Source: Cetorhinus maximus (lineage: Eukaryota). Taken from it: DNA of 64,000 nt. Shown piece by piece: positions 51,223 to 63,630 of the stretch. Under the pieces are notes generated by a model, which made no database searches, had not been told where the DNA came from, and was given only the letters and a program-made list of their open reading frames with translations. Both the position numbers and the translations under genes were made by a program. Each line of letters starts with the position of its first letter. The stretch's first letter is position 1. The stretch lies in assembly GCF_964194155.1 (NCBI RefSeq), contig NC_135885.1, positions 116,312,001-116,376,000 on the forward strand, given 5' to 3'.

Positions 51223-52230
51223 GGGCGGAATCATCCCAGAATTTCAGTAAGCGCAGTAGCAGGCGTAAAAATGATGTTTTACCTGCTGGCCACAATGGCA
51301 GGTTTTCGTGCTGTATCGTCTGCTTCCTGCCTCATTAATTATGCACTCCGGGTGCCATATCTAAGCTGCAGCCATACATACAGTTCTCAATGCTGTCAGT
51401 CCAGGACTGCTCCCGTGAAGACGTGGCCCTGAATGTTGGGATGAGTTCAGTGACCCGTCACTGGAATGCCTTTTGGAGGCCCGCCGTGATGTTCTCTGCC
51501 CCTGCTCTGACCACAGGAGGTTCAGCAAACCCACCACCCCAGCTTGGGAGGTGGTAGCAGCAGTGGTCAGTGCCAATGCTGCACAGAAGAGGTTGGTCAT
51601 CCTGTGCAGAAAGAGGATGAATGATCTCATCTGTGCCGCCAGGGTAAGGCAACCATCTCATCACTCTGAACTCACACACTCACAAGGCCATCACACATTC
51701 ACTGGCATCTCACTCACTGCCAGCTCAAGGGACATCACCACTCACTCTCTCACACACACCCTTACATCACCATCTGGTCTCATCTCCTCTGAAGACTGCC
51801 TCCTCAGCCCTCGAGGCCACTTGCACAGATCAACATGTGCCTCCACTCACACCCTGGACACTCCCCTCCCCAGTACAGCCCTTGCCCTGCAGCCTCTTCC
51901 CTTCCTTGCCTGAGGCCACTTCTCCCCTTTCCCCAAGCAAGCCCTAAGGCTGCAGCCAATGAAAAGCCACCCCCGCCTTACAGCTGATCTGGTAGGCAGA
52001 GACCTGCCCGTTAGTCCCCCTAAAAGTCATGTGGTGCTGCCTGCAAAGCTTGGTGCTGATGATCGCAAGTGCAGCCTGAAGCAAGGTAGGCAAACAAACC
52101 TCGAAGTCCTGAGCAAAGTGCAGGTGCACGTTGCTTATGTACAGTTGTGAAACACGTCGGCGTGCAATCCCGCTGACGTGCCCAGATGATCCAGCGTGGG
52201 GGGATAACTCTAGTGAGCAAGGCTTATAAG
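51223..52230 (+). mobile_element. Harbinger-derived element with Myb/SANT exon 1 (right end not located)
   Basis: Starts GGGCGGAATCATCCC; FSDPSLECLLEARRDVL..AWEVVAAVVSANAAQKRLVILCRKRMNDLICAAR then donor GTAAGG at 51644; subterminal ctcattaattatgca shared with 35426. Confidence 0.8.
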
Positions 52231-54624
52231 CCTACAACTGCTCATGGGCATCCTGCAAGGCAAGGCGGTCTGCAGTCTTCCCCAATGAAAAGCAGAAGCC
52301 TTCCACCAATCATGCTGCTGCCACAAGGGTAGAACTGTGAAGAAACATTAAGCCAGGCAAAGGCAACTGCAAGATTGGCACTGAAGAAATGTACAAGTGT
52401 GATTAGCTGACTTTGTAAGGAGTATTGAATGGCTTGTTGGATAAGTTGATTTGGAATTGTTGTTTTGAGGGAGATTTTATTTCAACATTGTGGTCAAAAG
52501 GATACTGTGATGGTCAGCGACAGGGAAAAGATTAAGTGTGGGACTGTTGTAGAATGGTTGTGTTCCATGGAACCAAAGCCAAACAAGGTGATCACGAACA
52601 GGATGGCCAGAAAAGGGCTGTGCTGGTTATCTCTTCCCTTCCTCGTGCTCCACTTCTTTTGTACTCCTTCGCCTCCTCATGTTCCTCAGCTGATTGCTGT
52701 TTCCTTGGTTACAAAGGCTGTGCCCTCACGATGGTAAGGTGATACAGGACACAGTGGACCATGAAACATCTGAAGACATGTTCTGACAATTACTGCTGGG
52801 CTCCTCCTGTGTGGTCCAGGCAGCAGAACAATTGCCTGAGCACTCCAATTACCTGCTCTATCATGTTTTGTCTGTGAACATTATATCTGGTTCTCATTAT
52901 ACATGTGCTGACTACATAACTGGGTTGCATATTGGAACCACAAAAGTGAAAAGGCCCTTTTCACCCAACAGCTACCCTCTAGTTGATGAGATGTTTCACA
53001 TACTGAGGGAACAGTGGACTGGTGCAGAATAAAGGCACCATGTCACCTGCCAAGATAACGGGCATGCATCTGCATGATATACTGTGCGTTGTTGTGCACC
53101 ACCTGCGCATTCATGGAGTGCAAGCCTTTGAATTTGCAGCACGTTTCAGTATTTAGATCAGGGTGACCAACCATTATTTATTTTATGGGATTGTCTTGTA
53201 ATTGAGCCCATTGTCCCATAACCTGGCCGCATGCATCCAGGGCGCTGTTTTTCCTGTAATTTAGACCTTTACATCTTATGCATGCCGAGTACCTGCTCTA
53301 CCCCCATTTGCCCTGTCTCACAGCCCTGGCCCTCCCCACCACCCCCCCCCACCACCCCACCCCCACAGCTCTAAAAGCAGAGCGCCCCCACCTGTCCCAT
53401 CCTCACTATTCTAGTGGACCATCATGCCAGTATGTCCCTTCATCTCGTCCATGAGACTTACTCACCCTGATTTAGAAATGACACCTGCGGAGCCACAAGT
53501 GTGCAGTTAATAGCACCCTGCACCATGAGGAAGTCATGTGCATGCTTCACCAGCTTGTCTCCAGTCAGAGAGAAGGCAAGGAACTTTCTTCTCATGGGAT
53601 GAATCAGTTACATCCCTAATGAACCTGGAAAGCTGTTAAAATAAATTGTCTGCTCCAACAAGGCAGGATCCCTACACACAAAGATTTAAGCCACTGTCAG
53701 TGCCTTCCCTGCCCTGCACTGAAAGTGTAGGTCTACTTTCAAAAGGTGGCAGATTTCCAGAAGCAACTTCTTTGTAAAACAAAGTCACCTCTTGCACTGC
53801 TCCTGGCTTAGGTTGAGGTAAGAGAAATGCTCCCAGAAAACACTGGTTAGGTAAGGCCCATTGCTGATAGCCCCTACCCCTACCCCACTATGGGAGCAGT
53901 TGGTCCTCTTTTTTTACTCCCTGTGCTCCATCTCCCTTTTGAGCTGCAGCCAAGGTGAATTCGAGTACAGCACTTATGACTGGGAGAAAGTGGTCTGACC
54001 AGGACCCTTGAAAAAAATCCGAGGTCTTCTCCCTGTGTGGCACAACTTCGTGTTAGCTTCACCAACTTTAAACAACTCTACAAAACATAAAGCACTTCTG
54101 AAAACTTTGAAAGCACCAGTAGAAATTAACCAGAAAAATATCTGAAAGTAGTAGATGAGCCTTTTAAATAGTGCTGGTGGACTGAGTAGCAGGGGTGATC
54201 CTTCCTGCTTCAAAATGTGTGCTTAGCCGTGTCTGTTTAAGAGAGAGCATTAGCTGGAGTGATGAAGTCAAAGATGGCAGCGCTAGTGCCAAATCAGTAT
54301 TGGACACTGACTGACATCGCACTCCGTCTACTCTGTAGACTCCCAGCACACACTCCAAACACCCAGGCTTGCTGACCTCCCTAAAATGGCACCTGCGTGA
54401 GCCACGCTAGAAGTGTGCACGCATTGTTCAAATACCATTTTGGAACCAAAACAGTGCTGAAACTAGGAACCATGAGCTGATTATTCATGAAGGTTTGCAT
54501 ACCCAAAGTGATTAATCCTTTTTAGTTTACAGATGCTGATCTACTTGCTGTGTTTTTCCAGTTTTTTTTTTCAGATTTCTAGTATTTTCAGTTTTTTCTC
54601 TATGTTTATTCTGACCATTTATTT

Positions 54625-54760
54625 ATGAGAACATTTTCTGCAGCACTTTCTGACATAACAACATTGATTCTACTCTAATACACGATTCAGTGGATATGAA
54701 GTAGTTTGAGATGTCCTGGCTGATTTGATGAAGTGCCACATAAACGCAAGTTCTTTTTTT
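54625..54760 (+). mobile_element. Decayed DeuSINE 3' tail
   Basis: acataacaaca..gtttgagatgtcctgg..ataaacgcaagttcttt resembles the tail at 49740-49810. Confidence 0.5.
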
Positions 54761-55240
54761 TTTACAGCTTAACACTTAAACTAATTTTTGCTGACTAAAT
54801 TTTATAGAATGTGATTGTATCCTGTCCCAATATGTAACATTTTATTGGCGTGCATATCATGTTTGACTTGATCAATGATTTAATAAAGTAAATCAGAGGA
54901 TTCAATGGATGTGATTTCCTCTTCATGTTCATAGTTCAAAATTAGGGACTCTTTCATTTTAGTTTTGTAAACATTTTTACACAAATCTCCATTCTTTGTG
55001 GGGCAGTCCTCATCTTTACTCCCTTGTGAGGTAACAGAGGTTCTGTTGTTCTCTGCATCCAACATTATTTTTCAAATCAGGTTAATTTTCTAGGTTGTTT
55101 AAGTCAGCATATGCCAATATATACTTGACTAGGCCTTTTGAAGCCTTTAATTTCAACTTTCCTTTCAATAAATTGATTCATTAATTCATTACTCCATTTT
55201 GACATTTGGACTAACTGAACAACAGAGTACATATCAATAT

Positions 55241-56059
55241 AAAAACAGAATTACCTGGAAAAACTCAGCAGGTCTGGCAGCATCGGTGGAGAAGAAATCA
55301 GTTAACGTTTCGAGTCCCCACGACCCTTCGGCAGAACTGAGTATAGTTAGGAGAGAGGTGAAATATAAGCTGGTCTAAGGTGGGGGGGCGGGGGGAGAGA
55401 GAAGTTGAGGGTGGGGTGATTGTGGGGATAAGTAAGAGGTGATAGGAGCAGATAATCAAAAGATGTCACAGACAAAAGGATCAAAGAGGTGTTGAAGGTG
55501 GTGATATTATCTAAGAAAAGTGCTAATTAAGAATGGAAGGCAGAATACTCAAGGTACAGCTCTAGTGGGGGTGGGGTGGAAAGACTAACAAAGTTTTAGT
55601 TTTAGATTTAAAAATAATGGAAATAGGTGGGAAAAGAAGAATCTATATAAATTATTGAAAAAAAGGGGGGAGGGGGGAGAAACGGGGTGGGGATGGGGGG
55701 AGGGGGAGTTTAAGATCTAAAGTTGTTGAATTCAATATTCAGCCCGGAAGGCTGTAAAGTGCCTAGTCGGAAGATGAGGTGCTGTTCCTCCAGCTTGCGT
55801 TGGGCTTCACTGGAACAATGCAGCAAGCCAAGGACAGACATGTGGGCAAGAGAACAGGGTGGAGTGTTAAAATGGCAAGCGATAGGGAGGTTTGGGTCTT
55901 TCTTGTGGACAGACCGCAGGTGTTCTGCAAAGCGGTCGCCCAGTTTGCGTTTGTAGAGGAGACCACATTGGGAGCAACGAATGCAACTTTAACTTTCCAG
56001 GTAATTCTGTTTTTGTTTTGGATTTCCAGCATCCGCAGTAGCTTTTAGCTTTTCGTTTT
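55241..56059 (-). mobile_element. Penelope-like 3' fragment with short inverted tail at its 5' junction
   Basis: Same family as 42048-43481; IRCSQCGLL..KRKLGDRFAEHLRSVHKKDPNLPIACHFN; inverted tail 55994-56059; exact 13-bp TSD TACATATCAATAT (55228-55240, 56060-56072). Confidence 0.92.
55300..55338 (-). ncRNA. Minimal hammerhead ribozyme variant
   Basis: Sense AGTT CTGCCGA A GGGTC GTGGG GACTC GAAAC GTT AACT. Confidence 0.7.
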
Positions 56060-56369
56060 TACATATCAATATGGCCTCTCTCAACATTAGCTAGCATTGA
56101 AAACATAAGCCATATTAATTCTGAAAGGTCAAATAGATGCTAATTAATTTGTATTATTATTATTTGTTTCTTAACTCACCAATGGAAGTAAATTAGATTT
56201 TAAAGTGCAAAAAATAGAAGAATTCATTATAATTGTTCAGTGAGGAAGTTTTATATAAAATTAATGGCAGAAACTCTCATGGGGCCCACTGATGGCCATG
56301 ACTAAATTCATGATAAGCACTTTTATGACACAAAGCTCCACACTGAGAGCTCCAACATGTAAGGTCTAC

Positions 56370-59300
56370 TCTCTGGGTGACCAAGGATGGGAATGAAACA
56401 TCCAGGGGTATTCAATATTTAGGAAGGACAGACAAATAGGGAAAGGAGATGGGGTAGCATTGTTAGTAAGGAAGGAAATCAATGTAATAGTGAGGAAGGA
56501 TATTGGCTCAGAAAATCATGATGTGGAATCTGTTTGGGTGGAGTTGCTGGGGGTTGTCTATAGGCCCCCAAACAGTAATGGAGTTGTAAGGGAAGGCATT
56601 AAGCAGGAAATTAGAGACGTATGCAGTAAGGGTACAACTGTAATCATGGGTGACTTTAATCTACATGTAGATTGGACAACCAAACTAGCAATAATGCTGT
56701 GGAGGAGAATTTCCTTGAGAGTGTATGTGATGGTTTTTTAGACTAACACGTTTAGGAACCAACTAGAGAGCAGGCTATCCTAGACTAGGTATTGTGCAAT
56801 GAGAAAGGATTAATTAACAGTCTTGTTGTGCGGGGTCCCTTGGGGAAGAGTGACAATAAAATGATAGAACTGTTCATTAGGATGGAGAGTGAAGAAATTG
56901 AATCCAAAACTAGGGTCCTGAATCTAAATAAAGGGAACTACGAGGGTATGAGACTCGAGTTGGCAATGATGGATTGGGGAACCTTACTACAAGGCTTGAC
57001 AATAGATAGGCAATGGCTAATATTTGAGGAACATATGTATGAATTACAACAATTATTCATTCCTGCCTAACGCAAAAATAAAACAGGAAAGGTGGCTCAA
57101 CCATGGCTTGCAAAATAAATTAGGGATACTATTAGATCCAAAGAGGAGACATATACAATTGTCACAAAAAGGAGCAGTTTAGAATTCAGCAAAAGTGGAC
57201 AGAAAGATTGATCAAGAAAATGGAGTATGAGAGTAAACTTGCAAGGAACATAAAAACTGACTGTAAAAGCTTCTATAAATATGTGAAGAGAAAAAAATTA
57301 GCAAAGACAAACATAGGTCCCTTAAAGTCAGAAAGGGCGGAAATTATAATGGGGAACAGAGAAATGGCAGAAGAATTTAACACATTTTGGTTCTGTCTTT
57401 ACAAAAGAGGACACAAATAATTTCCTAGAAATGTTAGGGAACCAAGTGTCTAGTGAAAGGGAGGAATTGAAGAAAACCAGTATTGGTAAAAAAATGGCGC
57501 TAGAGAAATTAATGGGATTAAAGGCTGAGAAATCCCCAGGGCCTGATAATCTACATCCCAGAGTACTAAAGGAAGTGACCCTGGAAATATTGGATGCATT
57601 GGCGGTCATGTTCCAAAATTCTATCGACTCTGGAGCAGTTCCTACAGATTGGAGGGTGGCAAATGTAACCCCACTATTTAAAAAACGAGGGAGAGAAAAA
57701 ACAGAGGCCAGGATTTTCCCCTTGGCGATTTGAGGGCGGGGCCCGCTTGCTGAGGGGAAAATGGCGCGGGATGATGTTGGGAGGAATCCCCGACGTCATC
57801 CCGGGCCATTTAAATCTTAAGGAAGGCGGGCGGACAGCGAAATCAGCTGTTCGCCCTCCGGCCTGTCAATGGCCAATTAAGGCCATTGACAGGTTCATTA
57901 AGATAGTTAAATGCCCTGCCCAACCAACCTTAAGGCTGGCGGGCAGGCCAGGAACCTCAGTGGGCTCCAGATTATTAATGAAACTTCATCCACTGGCGAG
58001 ATGAAGTTTCATAGTTTCATTACCATTTTGTAAAACTTTAATAAATTTTAAGTGTTTACTATTAACATGTCCCATCTCATGTGACATTGTCACATGAGGG
58101 GGACATGATAATAATTTTAAAATGTCTCTATTTTTTGACTTTACTTACCTTTCACTAAACTCCCTGAGACAGGACTTTGTCTCAGAGAGCAGTGCGCTCT
58201 TTCGCGTGCATGTGCGACAGATGGGGAACCCCTCCACCCCCCCGCACAGGAAGTGCATTGCGCTTCCTGTTGGGCAGGCCGCTGGGCGGGCCTAAATTGG
58301 CCTGCCCACTCAAAATGGCGGCGGGCCCTGTTTTGGCAGGAGGGTTCGGCTGCCCGCCCGCCGCCGAGCCGGTGGGGCCCACCTGCCAGCCAAGGGCTAA
58401 ATTCTGCCCAGAGAATTACAGACCAGTTAGCCTAACGTCAGTAGTCGGGAAAATGCTAGAGTCTATTATAAAAGAGAACAGATAAAAGATAAACAGAACA
58501 CTTGGAAAACATTAACGGGATTAGACAATGTCAACATGGGTTTATGAAAAGGAAATTGTGCTTAACTAAACTACTGGAGATTTTTGAGGATGTAACTAGT
58601 AGAATAGATAAGGGAGAACCAGTGGATGTGGTGTATTTGGATTTCAAGAAGGCTTTTGATAAGGTCCCACATAAGATGCTAGTGGGCAAAATTAAAGCAC
58701 ATGGGATTAGGGGTAATATACTGGCATGGATTGAGAATTGGTTGATAGACCAGAAACAGAGAGTGGGAATAACTGGGTCTTTTTCCGGGTAGCAGGTGGT
58801 AACTAGTGGTGTATTGCAAGTATCAGTGCTTGGGCCCCAGCTATTCACGATATACATAAATGACTTGAATGATTAAACCAAATGCAATATTTCCAAGTTT
58901 GCTGACGACACAAAACTGGGCGGGGTTGTGAGTTGTGAGGAGGATGCAAGGAAGCTTCAGGGTGATTTAGGCAAGTCATGTGTGTGGGCGAACACATGGC
59001 AGATGCAGTATAACGTGGATAAATGTGAAGTTATATGCTTCAGTGTGAAAAACAGAAAGGCAGAGTATTATTTAAATGGTGATATATTGGGAAACGAAAA
59101 TAAGGGATCTGGATGTCCTTGCTCACCAGTCAATGAAAGTAAATAAGAAGGTGCAGTAAGCAATTAGGAAGGTGAATGGTATGTTGGCCTTCATTGCAAA
59201 AGGATTTGAGTTCAGAAGTAGGGATGTCTTACTTCAGTTATACGGGACCTTAGTGAGACCACACCTGGAGTATTGTGTGCAGTTTTGGTTTCCCTAACAA

Positions 59301-59815
59301 AGAAAGGATATACTTGCCATAGAGGGAGTGCAGCAAAGGTTCACTAGTCTGATACCGGGGATGGCAGGACTGTTGTGTGAGGAGAGATTGGTTTGACTGG
59401 GCCTGTATTCACTAGAGTTTAGAAGAGTGAGAGGGGATCTAATTGAAAAGTATAAAATTCTAACAGTGCTAGGCAGACTGGATGCAGGGAGGATGTTTCC
59501 CCTGGTTGGGGAGTATAGAACCAGGGACCACGGTCTCAGGATACAGGGCAGGCCATTTAGGACTGAGATGAGGAAAAATTTCCTCACTCAGAGGGTGGTC
59601 AACCTGTGGAATTCTCTACCACAGAAGGCTGAAGGGTCACTGAGTATATTCAAGCAAGAAATTGATACCTTTTTGGATATTAGGGGCATCATGGTGTATG
59701 GGGAAAAAACTGGAATATGGTGTTGAGATGGAGGATCAGCCATGATTATATTGAATGGTGGAGCAGGCTCGAAGGGCCGAATGGTCCACTCTTGCTCCTA
59801 GTTTCTATGCTTCTC
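56370..59815 (+). mobile_element. CR1 LINE, nearly entire ORF2 (APE endonuclease + RT) and 3'UTR, with stops
   Basis: GYSIFRKDR, GVVYRPPN, VIMGDFN, KSPGPDNLHPRVLKE, YLDFKKAFDKVPH, FADDTKLG, QRVVNLWNSLP. Confidence 0.95.
57706..58409. mobile_element. Young Harbinger-type MITE (704 bp) in CR1 ORF2
   Basis: TIRs GGCCAGGATTTTCCCCTTGGC / GCCAAGGGCTAAATTCTGCCC; exact TSD AGA (57703-05, 58410-12); removing it restores REKT-ENYRPVSLT. Confidence 0.92.
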
Positions 59816-59964
59816 TGCATAGGGCCCGGCTGATTACCATCGATTTTCTTTTGCAGAAAAGATAATTTTGCCCTAGTTTTCCTACATTTCGAATGAGCCA
59901 TAAAATGTTGTTTCTTTATGAAATACCTTCTGGATTCCCTTCGTCTTTCTCCTGTAGGTTCTTA

Positions 59965-60180
59965 AACAGCCCCTTCAGCCACCAAAGCCCCAAGTTCTGG
60001 AATTCTCTAACTAACTAAACCTCCCACCTCTCTACCTCGCTTTAGAAAGCACCTTAAAACCCATCTAAGCGTTTGGTTATCTGAGCTATCTCCTTATTTG
60101 GGTTTCTGTCAAAGTTTGCTTTATAATACTCCTGTGAAGCACCTCGGGATGATGTATGATATTTAAGGTGCTATGTAACC
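59965..60180 (+). mobile_element. L2 LINE 3' end
   Basis: ccttcagc..aagttctggaattc..cttaaaaccc..ctcctgtgaagcacctcggga..aaggtgctat, typical of an L2 tail. Confidence 0.6.
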
Positions 60181-61322
60181 ACATGTCAGCTTTTGGATGC
60201 AAGGAGTGTATCATAACTTATTTAAAATTGATTTTTTTTAAAAATAAGGCAATAATTTAAAACAAGTTCATCTATTACTCATTGTGCACGTAGTAAGGCC
60301 TTTTTTATTTTAAACATTGTTTTTGTTTAACTACGCGTTGTTTAGTAGAAAAGATTTATAAATAAAATCAACAAATTTGAACCAGGTAGTGTTGGAGCCC
60401 CAGCGTCTGAGGAAAATTGGCACTAATGGAGTGAAAATGGCTTTATTCTTATTCTAAGTCCCATTTGACAGGCTTGGAGATTTATTTGTAATTTACCGAC
60501 AGTGGAATCAAAGCAATTCTGTTACACAGCCAGCTTTCATTATGAGAACGGTGTGATTTATGTGTGTTAACCCATTACCTCAAAAGACAGATAATATGTT
60601 AAATAAGGATAAAGACTCCATAAGAAATGGATTTCTTAATCCAACCGAGTGTTGAAACCTCACCACTTCTGTAAATAAGTGTTACCATAACTCATCTTAT
60701 TCTAGGGTGGTTCCTTATAACCATTCTTTCAGCTTCAATTACACAGTAATTCCTGGGCTGTGACCTTGGAGTTTTTCCTCAAGCAACAGCTTCAGCTATA
60801 ATACAAATCAGAGCGCAGCACCCTGGGCAATCATTGCAACCAAACACAACTGAATTCATGTCGGACATTCTAATGGCTTCATCAATACAAATTTCAACAT
60901 TTGGCACTTTTTAGATAGTGAAGGTCAGAAGGAGTATGCCTTCTTGTGCTGTTATTTTATTTGTCAGAACTCAGGTTCACAACTGGTGTGTAAGAAAGTT
61001 GTAAGACAAAACGCCTGCCTGCCCTTACCCCTCCACCTCAACCACCACCACATACAGCATTTAAAAGCCATTTTTAGTAGTGGCTGTAGAATTTTGAGTG
61101 CTGTAATATCAACATTGTGAACCCTTGAGGCTGTGCCTTCCATTTGGTTCTGAAGAATGCTTGTTAGGGTATTTCAAATTAGTAGCACAAATGACTAGTA
61201 CAACAACATGGTCAATTGTAAGCAGTTAAGGGAAACATCCCTTGAATCAACAAGAATGTTTCACTTTATTTCATATGCAGAGAATGAGTCTGACAATTAC
61301 TACCCCTTTCTAAAGATCTGCA

Positions 61323-61793
61323 AAGCCTGATTTTAACTGGGGCCAAGGTTTGAATGTGGGTACGGCAGGGCAAGTGTCAGGCTTGACCCAGCTCATAAGG
61401 CCTCCCCATCATGTTAACTTCTGAGCCTCATCAAAATATGTTAAGCCCAACTCCTACCAAGTCTGATGTCAAGGATGTGGTACTGATGGTTAGAAGTGGG
61501 AGAGTGCGGCAAGAGGCTGAGGTTACAAATTCTTGGGATCAGTGCCTGGTCTTTGGGTGGGTGAATGGACGATCGGTGATTGCAATTAAGGGAGATAAAT
61601 ATGGGGTCCTCTTTTCTTTCTGGCACCTGGAGGAGTGCCTCTGCTTTTCTCGGCCAACAAGGAATTGTTTAAAAGATATGTTCCCCTTAACTGCCTGGCC
61701 CTGTTCCAGGACTGCTGCTCTGTCGTGTACAGAATCCGTGGTGAGACCAGCACTGAACACCAAATGCAGTTGTCTGGAGTTAAAATTGGGGTC
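61323..61793. mobile_element. Old MITE-like element
   Basis: Ends AAGCCTGATTTTAACT / AGTTAAAATTGGGGTC. Confidence 0.5.
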
Positions 61794-63224
61794 TAAATCA
61801 GATCCCATTTTTTGAACTTAAATGAGATCCATGTCTCCCTGCTTTGACAAAATTGCTGGCTGGCCTGAACGTATCTGTTATAATGACATGTGGTTCCAGG
61901 CCAGCAAAGATCAGTTGAGTAGGTCATGGCAAGGAAGTCAACCTCTCATGTGGCCTATTTTCACTGGGCACAAGGATTTTAAAATAAGGGCCACAGTTTT
62001 AAATAATTTGATTCAATTTAATATCCTGCTTTTTCTGTTCTCAATATATGTTCACTTTTCTTCCCTAAATACCTGCTTTCTTATCTTGAAAGCAGTTAAT
62101 TTTGAAAGAATTTTGTCAAATTATTAATTGCTGATAGCATTGTTGGGGAAACACGCTACAAAGAGTTACTGAGCTTGACAATATAAAGGAGTTGAAATAA
62201 CATATGCACACACCATCGAAGCAACAAAGGTTAATGACTGCAGCATAAAATGTACTGTTGCTGACATCAGGGGCCATTGCTTAATGTGTACATATGACAT
62301 TCATGTCCTTGTTATTTTATTGCAGCTGTTCACTATCAGCAACCAGCAGTGTGGCGGCTCCCTTTTTTTGACTCAATATGTAGCTGCAGACTGCCCAAAT
62401 TATCGAAGCACCGCAGGTTAATGACTACACCACAGAAAATAATGTCGGTGAAATTAGAGGCAAATATTTAATGCTTTCAAAGCAATATCCTTTGCCTTTG
62501 GGGAAATGCTTGTAGCAGTACTCAAATTTCCTCCCTGGTTTGTTAGCATTAGACTCTACCAAGGATTGGAATTGTACCAGTGTGCTCCAGGGAAATATTG
62601 ACAGTTCCCAGTTTGGATAAGGCAGCATACTTTTAAGTGGGGGTGGGAGGAAACGAAGAAAACTGGGTCAATTGATTTATTTACTTTATACTGTCTTCAT
62701 TTCATGGCTTTAGTCCTGTGTTTTTGAGGTACTTTTAGGTGTTTTCTATTAAAATTATACTATTAAGTATAATCAGAATAATTGTTTTTTCACTTTTTAA
62801 AAAAATATCTTTTAGTTACAAGAGCTCTGAAAGATACCAATGATAATAATGCATCCTTCAATTTTGTCATGTTGCTGATGCCCCTGTTGTGAAGGGACTC
62901 ACTGCAGGATTCAGTGAGACAGAGTCCATTTTAATGATAGGTTTAGAAAGAGGTTTTTTCAGCCCCAGTGCTATGTCACATTGATATTAGTTGAGAATGA
63001 AGTCAGTTTGTCAATGACTTGACATTCATCCAACCGACAGATTGGACCTTATAGCAAATAGCCAGGGAGCTGAGGCTAAGATTCTATAAATTTCAGATTT
63101 GACAGATTTCCTGATTATCAGTAACAATACCTTATGGTATTGCTGACCTAGGATTGTGAGATATTTCTTGCTGTCCTAGCTCATTGGGAATACTGACTTG
63201 GCCTGTTGTTAGGCACTATTTTGC

Positions 63225-63630
63225 ATAGAATCACATAAAACTTTACAGCACAGAAACAATCCATTCAACCAAGCTGGTCTATGTCAGAGTTTAAATCCCA
63301 CAATAACCTCCTCCCAACCTACCTCATCTAATTCTAACATTTATCAACATGTACTACACTTCTACTCCTTTCTGCCTCATGTGATTATCTCGCTTTCCCT
63401 TAAATGCATTTGTACTATTCAATAGAACTACTCTTTGTGGATAGCAAGATTCACTTTCTAACCATTCTCTGCGTAAAGAATGTTTCCCTTGAATTCCATA
63501 TTGAATTTATCAATGGCTATCTTGTATATATGCCCCCCTATTTTTGGTCTACCCCACAAGTAAAAATATATTCTCCAAGTTTACCCTATCAAACCTTTTT
63601 ATAATTTTCAGTATCGCTATAAAGTCAGCC
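63225..63630 (-). mobile_element. Old CR1 3' end
   Basis: catagaatcacataaaactttacagcacagaaacaatccattc tail; reverse complement TQRMVRK. Confidence 0.65.

Noticed and set aside
52900-53120. Additional Harbinger transposase remnant
   Set aside because: Only faint motif resemblance; too decayed to support by eye.
54880-55065. Possible host exon on the minus strand (MLDAENN...)
   Set aside because: Bounded by stops, no convincing splice sites, no recognisable homology.
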